Source: an uncultured Chloroflexia bacterium
Lineage (GTDB): Bacteria > Chloroflexota > Anaerolineae > Anaerolineales > E44-bin32
Assembly: GCA_963818575.1 (NCBI GenBank)
Contig: CAWFSV010000014.1
Coordinates: 35,236 to 99,235, forward strand
Length of the DNA stretch: 64,000 nucleotides
Direction of reading: 5' to 3'
Below are positions 39,585 to 50,568 of the stretch, one piece after another; within the stretch, counting starts at the first letter, position 1, and the number at the start of each line of letters is the position of its first letter. Below the pieces are notes generated by a model. It had not been told where the DNA came from. It did not search any database and worked only from the letters and a program-made list of their open reading frames with translations. The translations under genes were made by a program, and so were the position numbers.

Positions 39585-40535
39585 CTACTCCATCGCCCCC
39601 AGCACCGAGGCCAGGAGCGCCATCCGCATCACGACCCCGCTGAACGCCTCTTCCCAGTAACGGGCGTGGCGGGTGTAGTCGACCTCTTCCAGCAGCTCGT
39701 CCATGCGCGGCAGCGAGTGCAGGATCAGGGAGTCGGGGCGGGCCTTCTTCATCACCGCCTTGGTGATCTGGTAGTTGGCGGGCGTCAGGCCGACATCGCC
39801 CTTGCGCTCGTCGCGCGACTTGGTGTAGTCCGGCTGCACCACCGGCTCCATGTAGATCACGTCGGCGTCGGCGATGGCCTTGGAGACGTGGTCGACTTCC
39901 CGGTAGTTCAGGCTCAGCTCATCGAGCTCCTTCTTGAACTCGGGCGTCAGCGCCATCTCCGGCGGGGCGATGTACGTGGCCCGGATATCAAACTGGCTCA
40001 TGGCGTAGGAGATCGAGTGCATCGTGCGCATGCGCATGTCACCGATCAGCAGGAAGTTCAGCCCGTCCAGGCGGCCCTTCTCCTTCCAGATCGTGTACAG
40101 GTCGGTCAGCACCTGCGTCGGGTGTTCGCCCCAACCGTCGCCGGCGTTGATCACGGGCACGCTCGACCAGCGCGCCGCTTCCGCCGGAGCGCCTTGCTGG
40201 AAATGGCGCATGACGATCACGTCGCCATAGAACTCCAACATGTGAACGGTGTCCTTGATCGACTCCTGGTAGAAGTCGCCGGCGCGCGTCATCTTGGCGT
40301 CCGAGAAACCGGTCACGCTCCCGCCCAGTCGCAGCATGGCCGACTCATGCGCCAGCCGCGTGCGGGTGCTCGGCTGGTAGAAGGCGGTCACCAGCGTCTT
40401 GGCCTTGAGAAGATCGGTGTTCTGGCGGTTGCGTGCGAAGGGCGCCAACCGGTCGGCCACCTCAAACAGGCGGAAGTACTCCGACCGCTCGAAACCTTTC
40501 AGGGAGAGAATGTCCCGTCCTGCGAAACTGCGCAT
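39585..40535 (-). CDS. Aspartate carbamoyltransferase-like carbamoyltransferase with divergent substrate site
   Basis: FYQPSTRT, ESIKDT, VMRH, INAGDG..EHPTQ, HSLPR present; RxQxER replaced by YMEPVVQ. Confidence 0.8.
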   Translation of the reverse strand: MRSFAGRDILSLKGFERSEYFRLFEVADRLAPFARNRQNTDLLKAKTLVTAFYQPSTRTRLAHESAMLRLGGSVTGFSDAKMTRAGDFYQESIKDTVHMLEFYGDVIVMRHFQQGAPAEAARWSSVPVINAGDGWGEHPTQVLTDLYTIWKEKGRLDGLNFLLIGDMRMRTMHSISYAMSQFDIRATYIAPPEMALTPEFKKELDELSLNYREVDHVSKAIADADVIYMEPVVQPDYTKSRDERKGDVGLTPANYQITKAVMKKARPDSLILHSLPRMDELLEEVDYTRHARYWEEAFSGVVMRMALLASVLGAME

Positions 40536-40605
40536 GTCCTATCTCCTTTTTCGACTACACGGAGTTGGTTCCGCCGCCCCTGCCGGCGCGGGCCGGGGTG
40601 CGGCG

Positions 40606-41367
40606 TTACGGATGCCTTCCCACCCGCCGGACGACGTGAAAGCGGAAGGTCCCCGGCAGGAAGTAACTCAAGGAATGCACGATGGCCTGACCCTCCTTGG
40701 TGAACAGGTAGGCCTCCATGCGCAGCAGCACGTCGCCGCGCTGGATGTTCAGGCTGCGGGCGATTTCGCCCGGCGCCGAGACGGCGGTCAGCTCGGTCCT
40801 CGAAAAGTCGAGCGCCGCCTGCCCGCGGCGCAAGAGCAGGTCGAGGATCGAACCGGTGAACCCATGCTCCAGCTCACCGTCGGGCAGGACCGCCGGCAGA
40901 AAGACGTCGATCAGGTAGGCCACCGGCCGGGCCTCGGCCAGCATCACCCGCGAGACCTCGAGCACCTCGGCCCCGGCGCTCAGGTTCAGGGCGCGCGCTT
41001 CGTCCGCTTCCGGGGGACGACGCCGAACCTGATGGGCCCCCATCGTCGCCGACAGCCCCATGCGCGCCGCCAGCGTCTCGATGCTCTCCAGGACTTCCAG
41101 CCCGGTGTCGATGACCTGGGGCGCCTCGGTCACATACGTGCCGACCCCCTGCCGCCGGACGACCAGGCCGCGCTCCTCGAACGAGCGCATCGCCTCGCGC
41201 AGCGTGGCGCGCGAGACGCCGAGCTGCCGGGCGAGCTCCGGCTCGGACGGCAGATAGGTTCCGGGCGAGGTGCGTGCCAGCATCGTCGCCAACGCCTCGG
41301 CGGTGTGCTGATAGAGAGGCCTCCCGCCGGTCCGCACCACGGGGGCGGGCTTACGTGCGGCGTTCAT
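40606..41367 (-). CDS. GntR family transcriptional regulator (HutC/UTRA type)
   Basis: LPSEPELARQLGVSRATLREA, RRQGVGTYV, C-terminal UTRA-like domain. Confidence 0.9.
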   Translation of the reverse strand: MNAARKPAPVVRTGGRPLYQHTAEALATMLARTSPGTYLPSEPELARQLGVSRATLREAMRSFEERGLVVRRQGVGTYVTEAPQVIDTGLEVLESIETLAARMGLSATMGAHQVRRRPPEADEARALNLSAGAEVLEVSRVMLAEARPVAYLIDVFLPAVLPDGELEHGFTGSILDLLLRRGQAALDFSRTELTAVSAPGEIARSLNIQRGDVLLRMEAYLFTKEGQAIVHSLSYFLPGTFRFHVVRRVGRHP

Positions 41368-43170
41368 CGTCGCCTCCGCCCTGTTCGATGACCGGGATCA
41401 CCCGAAACTCGTTCACGTCCACCAGGCCGCGGTCCGAGATGCGGAGCTCGGGGATCACGACCAGCGCCAGCAGGCTGAGCTGCATGTTGGCGTTGTGCAT
41501 GCGACAGCCGCATTGCCGCAGCGAGTCCAGCAGGCCGGCCGCCTTGCCGGCCACGACCGGCGCCGGCTCATCCGACATCAGCCCGGCGATCGGGAGTTCG
41601 ATCCGGGCCATGATCTCCCCGTTCCGGACGACCACCTGTCCGCCACCGACCTTGGCCAGTTCGTTGGCCGCCATCGCCATGTCTTCGTCGCGCGTCCCGA
41701 CGATCAGCATCTGATGCGAATCGTGCGCCACGGTCGAGCCGACCGCGCACGGCACGGAGAGACCGAAGCCGCGCACGAATCCGAGCTGGACGGCCCCGGT
41801 CCCATGGTGGCGCTCCACGACGGCCACCTTGGCCAGATCGTCGTCCTGCGAGGCCTGAAGCCAACCGTCGACGGGCTCGACCTCCACCCGCAGATGACGC
41901 GTGGGCGCCTGGTTCTCGACCACCCCGATCACATGCAGGCGAACGCGCCCGCTGCCCTGGGCGGCGATCCTGAAATCTTCCGGGCGCAGGGGACGCGGGA
42001 GGTGGACGGTTTGCCGCGCCGTCTGCGGGTAGGTGAACGCGGGTCGCGTGACGCGCACATCCCCCGCCTCGGCGACCACCACGCCCCGCGCCATCACCAT
42101 ATCCACCGTCAGCGCCTGCAGGTCGCTCACCAGCAGCAGGTCGGCCCAGCGGCCGGGAGCGATCATCCCGACGTCGCGGGAGACGCCGAAGTGCTCCGCC
42201 GTGTTGATCGTCGCCATCTGCAGTGCGGTCATCGCCGGCAGCCCGGCCTGCATCGCCACGCGCACCACGCGGTCCATGTGCCCTTCGGCGACCAAGCGTC
42301 TCGCTGTGCAAATCGTCGGTCACCAGCAGGAAGTGCCGCGGGTCGAGCCCGGCTTCGAGGATCGCCCGGGCCTGCTCCGCCACGTCATGCCAGGCCGAAC
42401 CCTGGCGCAGCATGACCTTCATCCCCTGACGGGCGCGGGCGACGGCATCCTCCAGGCGCGTGCCTTCGTGATCGTCCTCGGGGCCGCCGGCGGCATAGGC
42501 ATGGAAGGGCCGGCCCAGATCGAGCGACGGGTAGTGTCCGCCGATGACCTTCCCCGCGTGACGGGCCTCCGCCATCTCGGCGTGCATCTTCTCGTCGTTG
42601 GCCGAAACGCCCGGATAGTTCATCACCTCGCCCAGACCGATCACGTTCGGCCACGTCAGCGCTTCGGCCACCTCTGCCGGTCCAAACGTAGCGGCCGGTG
42701 TCTCCAGCCCGGGAGCCGAGGGGACACAGGATGGAACCTGCACCCAGACGTGGATCGGCTGCACGGCGGCTTCCTGCGCCATCAGGCGCACGCCCTCCAG
42801 CCCGAGCACGTTGGCGATCTCGTGCGGGATCGATGAACATGCCCGTCGTGCCGCGGGGCATCACCGCCCACACAAATTCGGTGACCGTCAGCATCCCGAA
42901 CTCGACATGCATATGCCCGTCGAGCAGCCCGGGCACCAGCCAGCGATCGAAGGCCTCGATCACCTGGGTCGCCGGCCCGACGGTGTGCTGTGCGTCCGGA
43001 CCGACATAGGCGATGCGCCCGTCGACAACGGCGATATCGGTCGCCGGGACGATCTCGCCCGATTGCACACACACCCAGCGGCCCCCGCGCACCACAAGGT
43101 CAGCCGGGGCGCGGCCCATGGCGACATCCACCAGACGGCGGGAGGTTCGCATCCGATCGGCGGTCGTCAT
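41351..43170 (-). CDS. ade: Adenine deaminase (frameshifts near 42830, 42295)
   Basis: PGLLDGHMHVE, GLGEVMNYPG, DHEGT, LRQGSAWHD, VTDD, AVVERHHGTG, STVAHDSH, LVVIPELRISDRGL. Confidence 0.9.
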
Positions 43171-43199
43171 GCCTCTTCTGCCTCCCTGCCCGAGCCTGC

Positions 43200-44578
43200 C
43201 TAGGCCGCGTTCACCAGACGGCGGGCGGCGCGGTTGTGAGCCTCGACCAGCGGCGGAATCTCAGCCGTCACCAGCTTCCCCTGCCGCACGATCGGACGGC
43301 CATGAACGAAGTTCCAGTCCACCGTCGCCGGTGAACAGAAGACCAACGCCGCAACCGGGTCGTGCAGCCCGCCGGCGAACTCCAGGCGATTGAGATCGAC
43401 GGCCACGAAGTCGGCGCACCGGCCGGGCTCGAGCGAGCCGACGTCCGTTCGACCGAGGACCTGAGCGCCTCCCAGCGTCGCCATTTCCAGCGCCTGGCGC
43501 GCCGTCAACAAGGACGGCTGATCATCGATCGCCGGGGCGACCGCCGCCCCCAACCGGGACAGGAGCATCGCCTGGCGCGCCTCGGCCAGCATGTGGGAGC
43601 TGTCATTGCTGGCCGAGCCATCCACCCCCAACCCGACGTTGACCCCCGCCGCCCGGTAGCGCCGGACGGGGGCGATCCCCGAAGCCAGGCGCATGTTCGA
43701 GGTCGGGCAGTGCGCCACGCCGATCCCGGCCCGCGCCATGCGGCCCACTTCGTCGGCACGGATATGCACCGCATGCGCGAACCAGACGTCCGGGCCGGAC
43801 CACCCCAGCTCCTCGGCATACGCCAGGGGCCGTTGTCCGAATTTCTCCAGGCAAAACGCGTCCTCGTCCAGTGTCTCGGCCAGATGGGTGTGCAAGTGGA
43901 TCTGGTTGGCGCGCGCCAGCGCGGCGACTCGCGCATCAGATCGGGTGTGACCGAGAACGGCGAACACGGCGCCACGACCAGGCGCAGCATCGAGCCGGGA
44001 CGCGGGTCATGGTAGGTCTCGATCAGGCGGAGCGTGTCCTTCAGGATTGCCTGCGGCTGCTCGACGACCGAATCGGGAGGCAGGCCGCCCTGGCTTTCGC
44101 CCAGACTCATCGATCCGCGCGAGGCGTGGAAGCGCAGTCCCATGATGCCGGCGGCCTCGATCGCGTCGTCCAGCCGGCAGCCGTTGGGGAAGATGTACAG
44201 GTGGTCGGAGGCGGTGGTGCAGCCGCTGAGCGCCAGCTCCGCCAGCCCCAGCATCGTCGAGGTGCGGATGTCCTGTGGCTGCATCCGCGCCCAGATCGGA
44301 TAGAGCGTCTTGAGCCACGTGAACAATCCGGCGTCCTGGGCAGCGGGCACCGCCCGGGTCAGCGTCTGGTACAGGTGGTGGTGGGTGTTGACCAGGCCGG
44401 GCAGGACGATGTGGTCGTGCAGGTCGAGGATCTCGTCCGCCGTCGCGGGAAGTTCCGACGATGGGCCCACCTGTTCGATCCACCCGTCACGGGCAAACAG
44501 GCCGGCATCGCTCAGCTCGCGCCGGCTGTGGTCCATGGTCAACAGGATCGACGCGTGCCGGATGAGAAGGGTGGCCAC
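43200..44578 (-). CDS. 8-oxoguanine deaminase-like amidohydrolase (frameshift near 43930)
   Basis: PGLVNTHHHLYQTLTR, SGCTTASDHLY, APCSPFSV, HTHLAET, HCPTSNMRLASG, GVDGSASND. Confidence 0.88.
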
Positions 44579-44616
44579 GGGGTCCCCGGAACCCACTTTG
44601 CAGGGAGATGCCGCAA

Positions 44617-44627
44617 TTGTCTGACAA
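44617..44627. promoter_or_regulatory. Candidate GntR-family operator TTGTCTGACAA
   Basis: Palindrome TTGTC-T-GACAA ~40 bp upstream of the deaminase start, in an operon containing a GntR gene. Confidence 0.45.
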
Positions 44628-44662
44628 CTTCGCCGGAAACGCAAGACCTTGCCCAGAATCGA

Positions 44663-44689
44663 CAGGGACGGCCCGGCGGGCCGTCCCTG
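44663..44689. terminator. Hairpin downstream of folD
   Basis: 12-bp stem CAGGGACGGCCC/GGGCCGTCCCTG. Confidence 0.55.
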
Positions 44690-44715
44690 GGATCGCTTTG
44701 TCGGTTGCGTGCGGC

Positions 44716-45594
44716 TCAGGCCGAGGCCATCTGCGCCCCGCGCAGCGTGTTGGCCATCAGGCCCATGATCGTCATCGGGCCCACGCCACCCGGCACCGGG
44801 GTGATGGCGCCGGCCACTTCCAGCGCTTCGTCGTAGGCCACATCGCCCACCAGCCGGTAACCGGATTTCTTGGTCGGGTCTTCCTTGCGGTTCGTGCCCA
44901 CGTCGATGACGTAGGCGCCCGGCTTGATCCAATCGCCGCGGATCATCTCGGCCTTGCCGATGGCGGCGATCAGGATGTCGGCCTGCCGGCAAACCCCGGC
45001 CAGGTCCTTGGTGCGTGAGTGACAGATGGTGACCGTGGCGTCTTCCTTCACCAGCAGCAGGGCCGCCGGCATGCCGACGATGTTCGAGCGGCCGACGACG
45101 ACGGCGTTGGCGCCGGACAGCTTGGCGCCGGCTTTCTTGAGCAGGATGATGCATCCGGCCGGCGTGCACGGCACGAACATCGGCTCGCGGCCCTTCTGCG
45201 CCAGCCGTCCGATGTTCACCGGGTGGAACCCGTCGACGTCCTTCTCGATGCTGATCGCACGCAGCACGGCTTCCTCATCCAATCCGGCCGGAAGCGGGAG
45301 CTGGACCAGGATGCCGTGGACTTTCTTGTCCGCATTCAGCGTGCGAACCAGTCCCTCGACTTCCTGCTGGGTGGCGGTGGCGGCGAGCGTGTGTCCGAAG
45401 GACTCGATCCCGAGCTCGGCGCACATCTTGCGCTTCATCCCGACGTAGGTTTGCGACGCCGGGTTCTCGCCCACCAGGACGGTGGCCAGGCCGGGCTTCG
45501 TTGCCCCCGAGGCGATCAGCTTCTTCACGCCCTCGGCGATCTCGGCCTTCATCTCATCCGCAATCGCCTTCCCGTCGATGATTCTGGCTGTCAT
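44716..45594 (-). CDS. folD: Bifunctional methylenetetrahydrofolate dehydrogenase/cyclohydrolase
   Basis: [46 protein letters not shown]. Confidence 0.96.
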   Translation of the reverse strand: MTARIIDGKAIADEMKAEIAEGVKKLIASGATKPGLATVLVGENPASQTYVGMKRKMCAELGIESFGHTLAATATQQEVEGLVRTLNADKKVHGILVQLPLPAGLDEEAVLRAISIEKDVDGFHPVNIGRLAQKGREPMFVPCTPAGCIILLKKAGAKLSGANAVVVGRSNIVGMPAALLLVKEDATVTICHSRTKDLAGVCRQADILIAAIGKAEMIRGDWIKPGAYVIDVGTNRKEDPTKKSGYRLVGDVAYDEALEVAGAITPVPGGVGPMTIMGLMANTLRGAQMASA

Positions 45595-45786
45595 GCTTCT
45601 CTCCCGCCCCTGTTTTCTGGCCCGGCGGGCCCGGCACAAGACGCGCCCGGCCTCCGAGGTCGGTTTCTCCCCGTGCTTCCCTGAGATTATCCGTCAGGCG
45701 CATGCCCCCGTCCAAGGACAACTCTCACGGGGGGGCCTGGATACCTATCCTATCCTGGGGGGTACCGCGGGGGTGAGCCGGTCAGG

Positions 45787-47833
45787 CTACGGGCGCCATG
45801 CCGGGTCGAAGTCCAGCGCCGGATCCGAGGTCAGCAGGCCGTAGTTGGCGCAGCTCGAGGTCATCACGCCGATCTCGTGGTTGACACCGTCCGGCCAGGT
45901 CTCGAACACCAGCCAGCGATCGTCGGGTGACCACTTCGGCGTCGACATCGGCTGGGTGGCCAGGGGACCTTGCGGACACAGGCGCATGGCGCCGGCCTCA
46001 CGATCGTCGAACGGCCGCGCCACCAAACGCGGGATGCCGCCGATCTGGCGTTGGTACACCAGCGTCTTCCCGTCGTGGGACCAGTCCGGGTGCGAATCGG
46101 AATTCTCGCCGCGCGAGAACGAGAGCACATCCCCGTCGAACTCGGGCAGGATCCACAGCTCGTCGGTCCCGCCGCGCAGCGAGACGAACATCAGCTGCGT
46201 ACCCGTCGGCGCCCAGACCGGCTGGGAGTCGCGCGATGTGCTGTCGGTCAGCGCCTCGACGTCGGTTCCCAGCGGGCTGATCAGGTAGAGATGCGGCACG
46301 TTGGGGTTGTCCCGCAGACTGGCAAAGGCGATGCGTGTCCCGTCCGGAGACCAGGCCGGGTCGTAATCGCCGCCGGGGACGGTCGGGAGCGAGACCAGCC
46401 CGCCCCCATCCGCCTGGATCAACCACAATCCGGCGCCCGGGTAGCGGTCCTCATCTTCCCGGCACGGAGATGTGAATACCAGACGCTGACCGTCCGGCGA
46501 CCACGACGGCTGGCAGGCGCCGTCGGTCATGGTCGTCAGCTGCTTGACGCCGGTCCCATCGACATTGGCCAGGAAGATCTGAGGCAATCCGGCGCGCGTC
46601 GAGGCGAAGGCCACCTGGCCGATCCCCCCGCCCATCGGCGTCGGGCCCGCCACCGGAACGGTCAGCGTCGGCAGCGCCTCCGGCGAGGGACTGGCCAATT
46701 CGGTGTTCTCGAGCGAGGCCGTGTCCGTCGGCGGCGAGACCGGGACGGTGTCCGAGGCAGCCGGCAGGAGCCCGGAGAGCGTCGCTGCGGGTGCGGACGG
46801 CAAGGCCGTCGCCGGCGGCCCTTCTCGGCCGTCGGTGAGTGCGTAGACCGCGCCGGCGAGCGTGACGCCGACGGTGACCAGGCCGAGAAGCAACACCGGC
46901 CATCGCCGGCGGCGCCGGACAGGCGCCAAGCCCTCCGGTGCCGCGGGCTAAGGGGACGGTCTTCCCCACCCCCACGCGCGTCTGTTCCAGGTACGGGTAG
47001 TTGCGCACGACCGTCGGCTGGCTGCCCGAGGTGCTCGCTCCGAGGGCGGATGCCAGCTCGGCCATCGATTGGTAGCGGTCCTCGGGCTTGACGGCCAGCG
47101 CCTTCTCGACCACCCGCGCCAACCCGGCGCTGACATTCGGGCTTCGCCTGCGCACGGGGGTCAGCTCGGCACGCCCCATGGCCCGTTCGAGCGAGTCTTC
47201 AGGAATGGCGGCCGAAAGGGCGGCATACAGCGTGGCGCCAAGCGAGTAGACGTCGGTACGCGAGTCGGTCCGCCCGCTGCCGTACTGCTCCGGCGGCGAG
47301 AAGCCGGGGGTCATCGCTTTGGCTCCCGTGGTGGTGGCGCTGTCTTCCTCCACGACCTTGGCCAGCCCGAAATCGACCAGCACGGCACGGCCCTCGGGCG
47401 TGATCTTGATGTTCCCGGGCTTGACATCGCGATGCAAGACCGGAGGCGTGCGCGTGTGCAGATAGGCGAGGGCGTCGCACGTATCGAGGAACCACGGCAG
47501 GGCCTCGTCCTCCCGCACCGGGCCGTTGCGCTCCAGCCGCTGGCGCAGGTCGTCCCCCTGGACGAAGTCCATCACCAGGTACTGGCCTTCGCCTTCGACG
47601 ACAAAATGATCGGTGACCCGCGGGAGATTGGGGTGACGCAGGCTGGCCAGGATGGTCGCCTCACGGCGGAACTGCCGGGCGAACTCCTCGGTGGTGAAGA
47701 GGTTCTCCTTGACCGCCACCGTGACGCCGAGGTTGACGTCGACCGCCTTGTAGACGGCCCCCATCCCGCCCTGACCAAGGACGCTTTCAATGCGATATCG
47801 GCTGCGAAGGACGAACCCGGGCTTAAGCGGCAT
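45787..47833 (-). CDS. Hanks-type Ser/Thr protein kinase with TM helix and extracellular TolB-like (PD40) beta-propeller (frameshift near 46945)
   Basis: LGQGGMGAVY, VAVKE, HRDVKPGN, DFG, SPPEQY; TM WPVLLLGLVTVGVTLAGAVYAL; repeated PxWSPDG. Confidence 0.88.
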
Positions 47834-47976
47834 GCAAATCTCAGCGCACGAAGTTGCCGTCGGTCATTGTAGCGCAACGCACCTGCCGTTGGCTATATGC
47901 GCAGGCATGCGCCAGGCCGGATGTAAGGCAACTGCAAGATGGCGCACGACGCGGAGATGGCTATGATTGGCGGACC

Positions 47977-48903
47977 ATGCTCCCCACGAGCCGGACACCG
48001 AAGACGAGCGCATCGCTTCCCCGCCGGCGCGGCCACAGGCCTGCCGCGCGGCCCGCTCTCAAGCGCAGGATGCTGCTCGCCGTCATCCTGACGGCCGCGG
48101 CGATCCTCGGGCTGCCGGGCGGCCGCGCCCTCGCCTTTCCCATCGAAGGCGACGAGCAGTTCCCCGAGTTGCCGTCGAGTGACGATCCCGCAGAGGGCGG
48201 CGCGCCGATGCAGGTCTCGACGATCGGGTATTCGGTCGAGGGCCGGCCCATCGAGGTGGTGCGATTCGGAGAGGGCGCCACCGTTCGGCTGATCGTCGCC
48301 GGGATCCACGGTGGCTCTGAGTCCAACACGACCGCGCTGGCGCTGGAGCTGATCGAGTTCCTCTCGTCGCAACCGGAGGCGGTGCCGCAGGGTATCACGC
48401 TCTACGTCCTGCCGCTGCTGAATCCGGACGGCGCCGCGCGGGCGACGGGACCGGAGGGCAGGACCAATGCACGCGGCGTCGACCTGAACCGCAACTGGCC
48501 TTCCCTGTGGCGACCGGAATGGGATCGCTCCGGCTGCTGGAGCCTCGGGCCGACGTCGGGGGGAACCGGGCCGGCGTCCGAGCCGGAGACGTTGAGCCTG
48601 ATCCAGTTCGTCTCCGCGGTGAAGGTGGAGGCGTTGATCAGCTATCACAGCGCCGCACTGGGGATCTTCGCCGGCGGGCAGCCGCCGAACCCGGAATCGC
48701 TGCGGCTGGCGGAGTCGCTGGCGGGGGTCAGCGATTACCCCTACCCGCCGATCGATACCGGCTGCACCTTCACCGGCCAGTTGATCGACTGGGCCGCCGA
48801 CAACGGCATCGCTGCGGTGGACATCGAGCTGCACAACCACCGCGACACCGATCTCGACGTCAACCTGACCATCCTGCGCACCTTCCTCGATTGGGAGGAG
48901 TGA
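47977..48903 (+). CDS. Secreted M14 family zinc carboxypeptidase (MpaA-like)
   Basis: Signal-like hydrophobic segment, GYSVEGRPI, GIHGGSE, LNPDG, VDLNRNW, SEPET, SYHS, IEL. Confidence 0.82.
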   Translation: MLPTSRTPKTSASLPRRRGHRPAARPALKRRMLLAVILTAAAILGLPGGRALAFPIEGDEQFPELPSSDDPAEGGAPMQVSTIGYSVEGRPIEVVRFGEGATVRLIVAGIHGGSESNTTALALELIEFLSSQPEAVPQGITLYVLPLLNPDGAARATGPEGRTNARGVDLNRNWPSLWRPEWDRSGCWSLGPTSGGTGPASEPETLSLIQFVSAVKVEALISYHSAALGIFAGGQPPNPESLRLAESLAGVSDYPYPPIDTGCTFTGQLIDWAADNGIAAVDIELHNHRDTDLDVNLTILRTFLDWEE

Positions 48904-48966
48904 CCCGACGCGGTGCGCCGCAGGCCGGCTGGCCTGCGGCGCGGCTTCTCTGCTCGCAGCGCGGGT

Positions 48967-49458
48967 TTAGCCCGTGCTCGCCGGACGCTTGCCGAACAGC
49001 GCCAGGACGAACGCCCCAAGCCCACGCAGCGCGACATACGGCAGCAGCCCGAACCACCCCACATAGGGCGTCAGGCAGCCCAGCGTCAGGGCGATGGTGC
49101 CCCAGATGCCGGGACGCAACCCCTGCCCCCCGGGCACCAGCCGAGCCCCGATGACCTGGACCATCGCCGCCAGACCGAACGTCGTGCCGATGACGAGGAC
49201 CACAGCCAGCAGCACGGCCACGACGATGAGGAAGTCGAGGCCGGTGCCATCCGCCAGCGCGATGACGGCCGAGATCAACGCGCCCACAAAGACCAGGTTC
49301 ACCAGGCCCACCAGGAAGCTGCGCGCCGCCTGGGTCTCAGCCGTCTGGCCGGTGCGCGCGATCAAGGATGTGAACAGGGCGTTCATCACGACGAACAGGC
49401 CCACGAGCGTTGCGCCCAACAGCGGGACAGCCACCAGCAATCCGATCAGTTGATCCAT
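48967..49458 (-). CDS. Membrane protein (4-5 TM)
   Basis: Strongly hydrophobic ORF with GGGAGG RBS. Confidence 0.7.
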   Translation of the reverse strand: MDQLIGLLVAVPLLGATLVGLFVVMNALFTSLIARTGQTAETQAARSFLVGLVNLVFVGALISAVIALADGTGLDFLIVVAVLLAVVLVIGTTFGLAAMVQVIGARLVPGGQGLRPGIWGTIALTLGCLTPYVGWFGLLPYVALRGLGAFVLALFGKRPASTG

Positions 49459-49516
49459 GATTCCTCCCTTGTTGCTTGGGCCGCACGCCGGCCCGGCGGT
49501 GTAGGTGAAGAGTTCG

Positions 49517-50554
49517 TCACCCCTCCCGATCGTTCTCAGGCAGGGCCGTGAGCCCCCGCTCGGCAATACGCGTTCGCCACGCCAGCCATACCAGCAGGCA
49601 CGCCATCGCCAGCCCGACCAGCGCCATGCCGCGCCGCTCGACTGCGTGCGCGGGATCGAGTTGCTGAAGCGGGCGCCAGGATGATGAAGAAAGTGAGGGC
49701 GCCGCTCGCCAGAGCAAGCTGACGGAGGTGGACCCAGCGGGATGGCGCGACCAGCATACTTCAGGCCGATGACGACACCCGATTGCCAGCAGCGCGAGCA
49801 GCACCATCGTCACCACCGGGCGGACCCCGGTGCTGGGGATCACCCATAGGACCGCGAAGAATGCGATGGCCGCCAGGAGCCCGCCGACGAAGCGCCGCTT
49901 CGTCCGAGGCCGGTCTTCCTGGCTCTCGTCCCGGCGGGCCGCGCCGATTTCGGCCGGCAGCCTGCGCGCCAGGAAGTACAGCGCGATCACGGCCAGACAG
50001 GCGAGCAGGTATTGGATTGCCGGCGGTCGATAGGGAGTGAGGGCAAAGAAGCCGAAGGCGACATCGAGAGCCATCAGCGTGGCGAGGAAGCGCAGCATTC
50101 GCCGCCCGACCCACGCCTCGGTCGCGCGTTCCGGGAACATGCGCGTGACCAGCAGGATCGGGATGCCGATGCTCCACACGGCGTGGAACAGCGTCAGGCC
50201 AAGGCTCCAGACCCAGTTCACCTCCGCCCACCGGCCGTAGACGCCGAGGGGACCCAGATCGACCCACTGCGGGTCGAAGAAGCTCTTCACCATCAGGCCT
50301 TCCTCGACGATGCCGTAGGCGGCGCCGAGCATCAGGATCGTGGGCCAGCCCTTTCGCCAGCGCAAGGCCAGCTCGCGGATCAGGATGGCGCCGCTCCCGT
50401 AGAGAGCAGTCAACACCAGCAGCATGAACGGATTGAAGAACTCGGCGGGCGGCGCCGAACCGGTCAGCAGCTCGGCCGTCATCGGCGAGAGGAAGAACAG
50501 CACCAGCGCCGGCGAGAGTCTTCGCCGTGGTCTGGTCTCGCCGCGCGGCTTCAT
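49517..50554 (-). CDS. Integral membrane protein (probable compensating frameshifts near the C-terminus)
   Basis: LSPMTAELLTGS, YGSGAILIRE, YGIVEEGL..KSFF, HAVWSI; multiple TM segments. Confidence 0.72.
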   Translation of the reverse strand: MKPRGETRPRRRLSPALVLFFLSPMTAELLTGSAPPAEFFNPFMLLVLTALYGSGAILIRELALRWRKGWPTILMLGAAYGIVEEGLMVKSFFDPQWVDLGPLGVYGRWAEVNWVWSLGLTLFHAVWSIGIPILLVTRMFPERATEAWVGRRMLRFLATLMALDVAFGFFALTPYRPPAIQYLLACLAVIALYFLARRLPAEIGAARRDESQEDRPRTKRRFVGGLLAAIAFFAVLWVIPSTGVRPVVTMVLLALLAIGCRHRPEVCWSRHPAGSTSVSLLWRAAPSLSSSSWRPLQQLDPAHAVERRGMALVGLAMACLLVWLAWRTRIAERGLTALPENDREG

Positions 50555-50568
50555 CGCCATCCCCTCGG

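Noticed and set aside
39585-40535. Annotation as biosynthetic pyrB
   Set aside because: Aspartate-binding motif altered and catabolic context; symbol withheld
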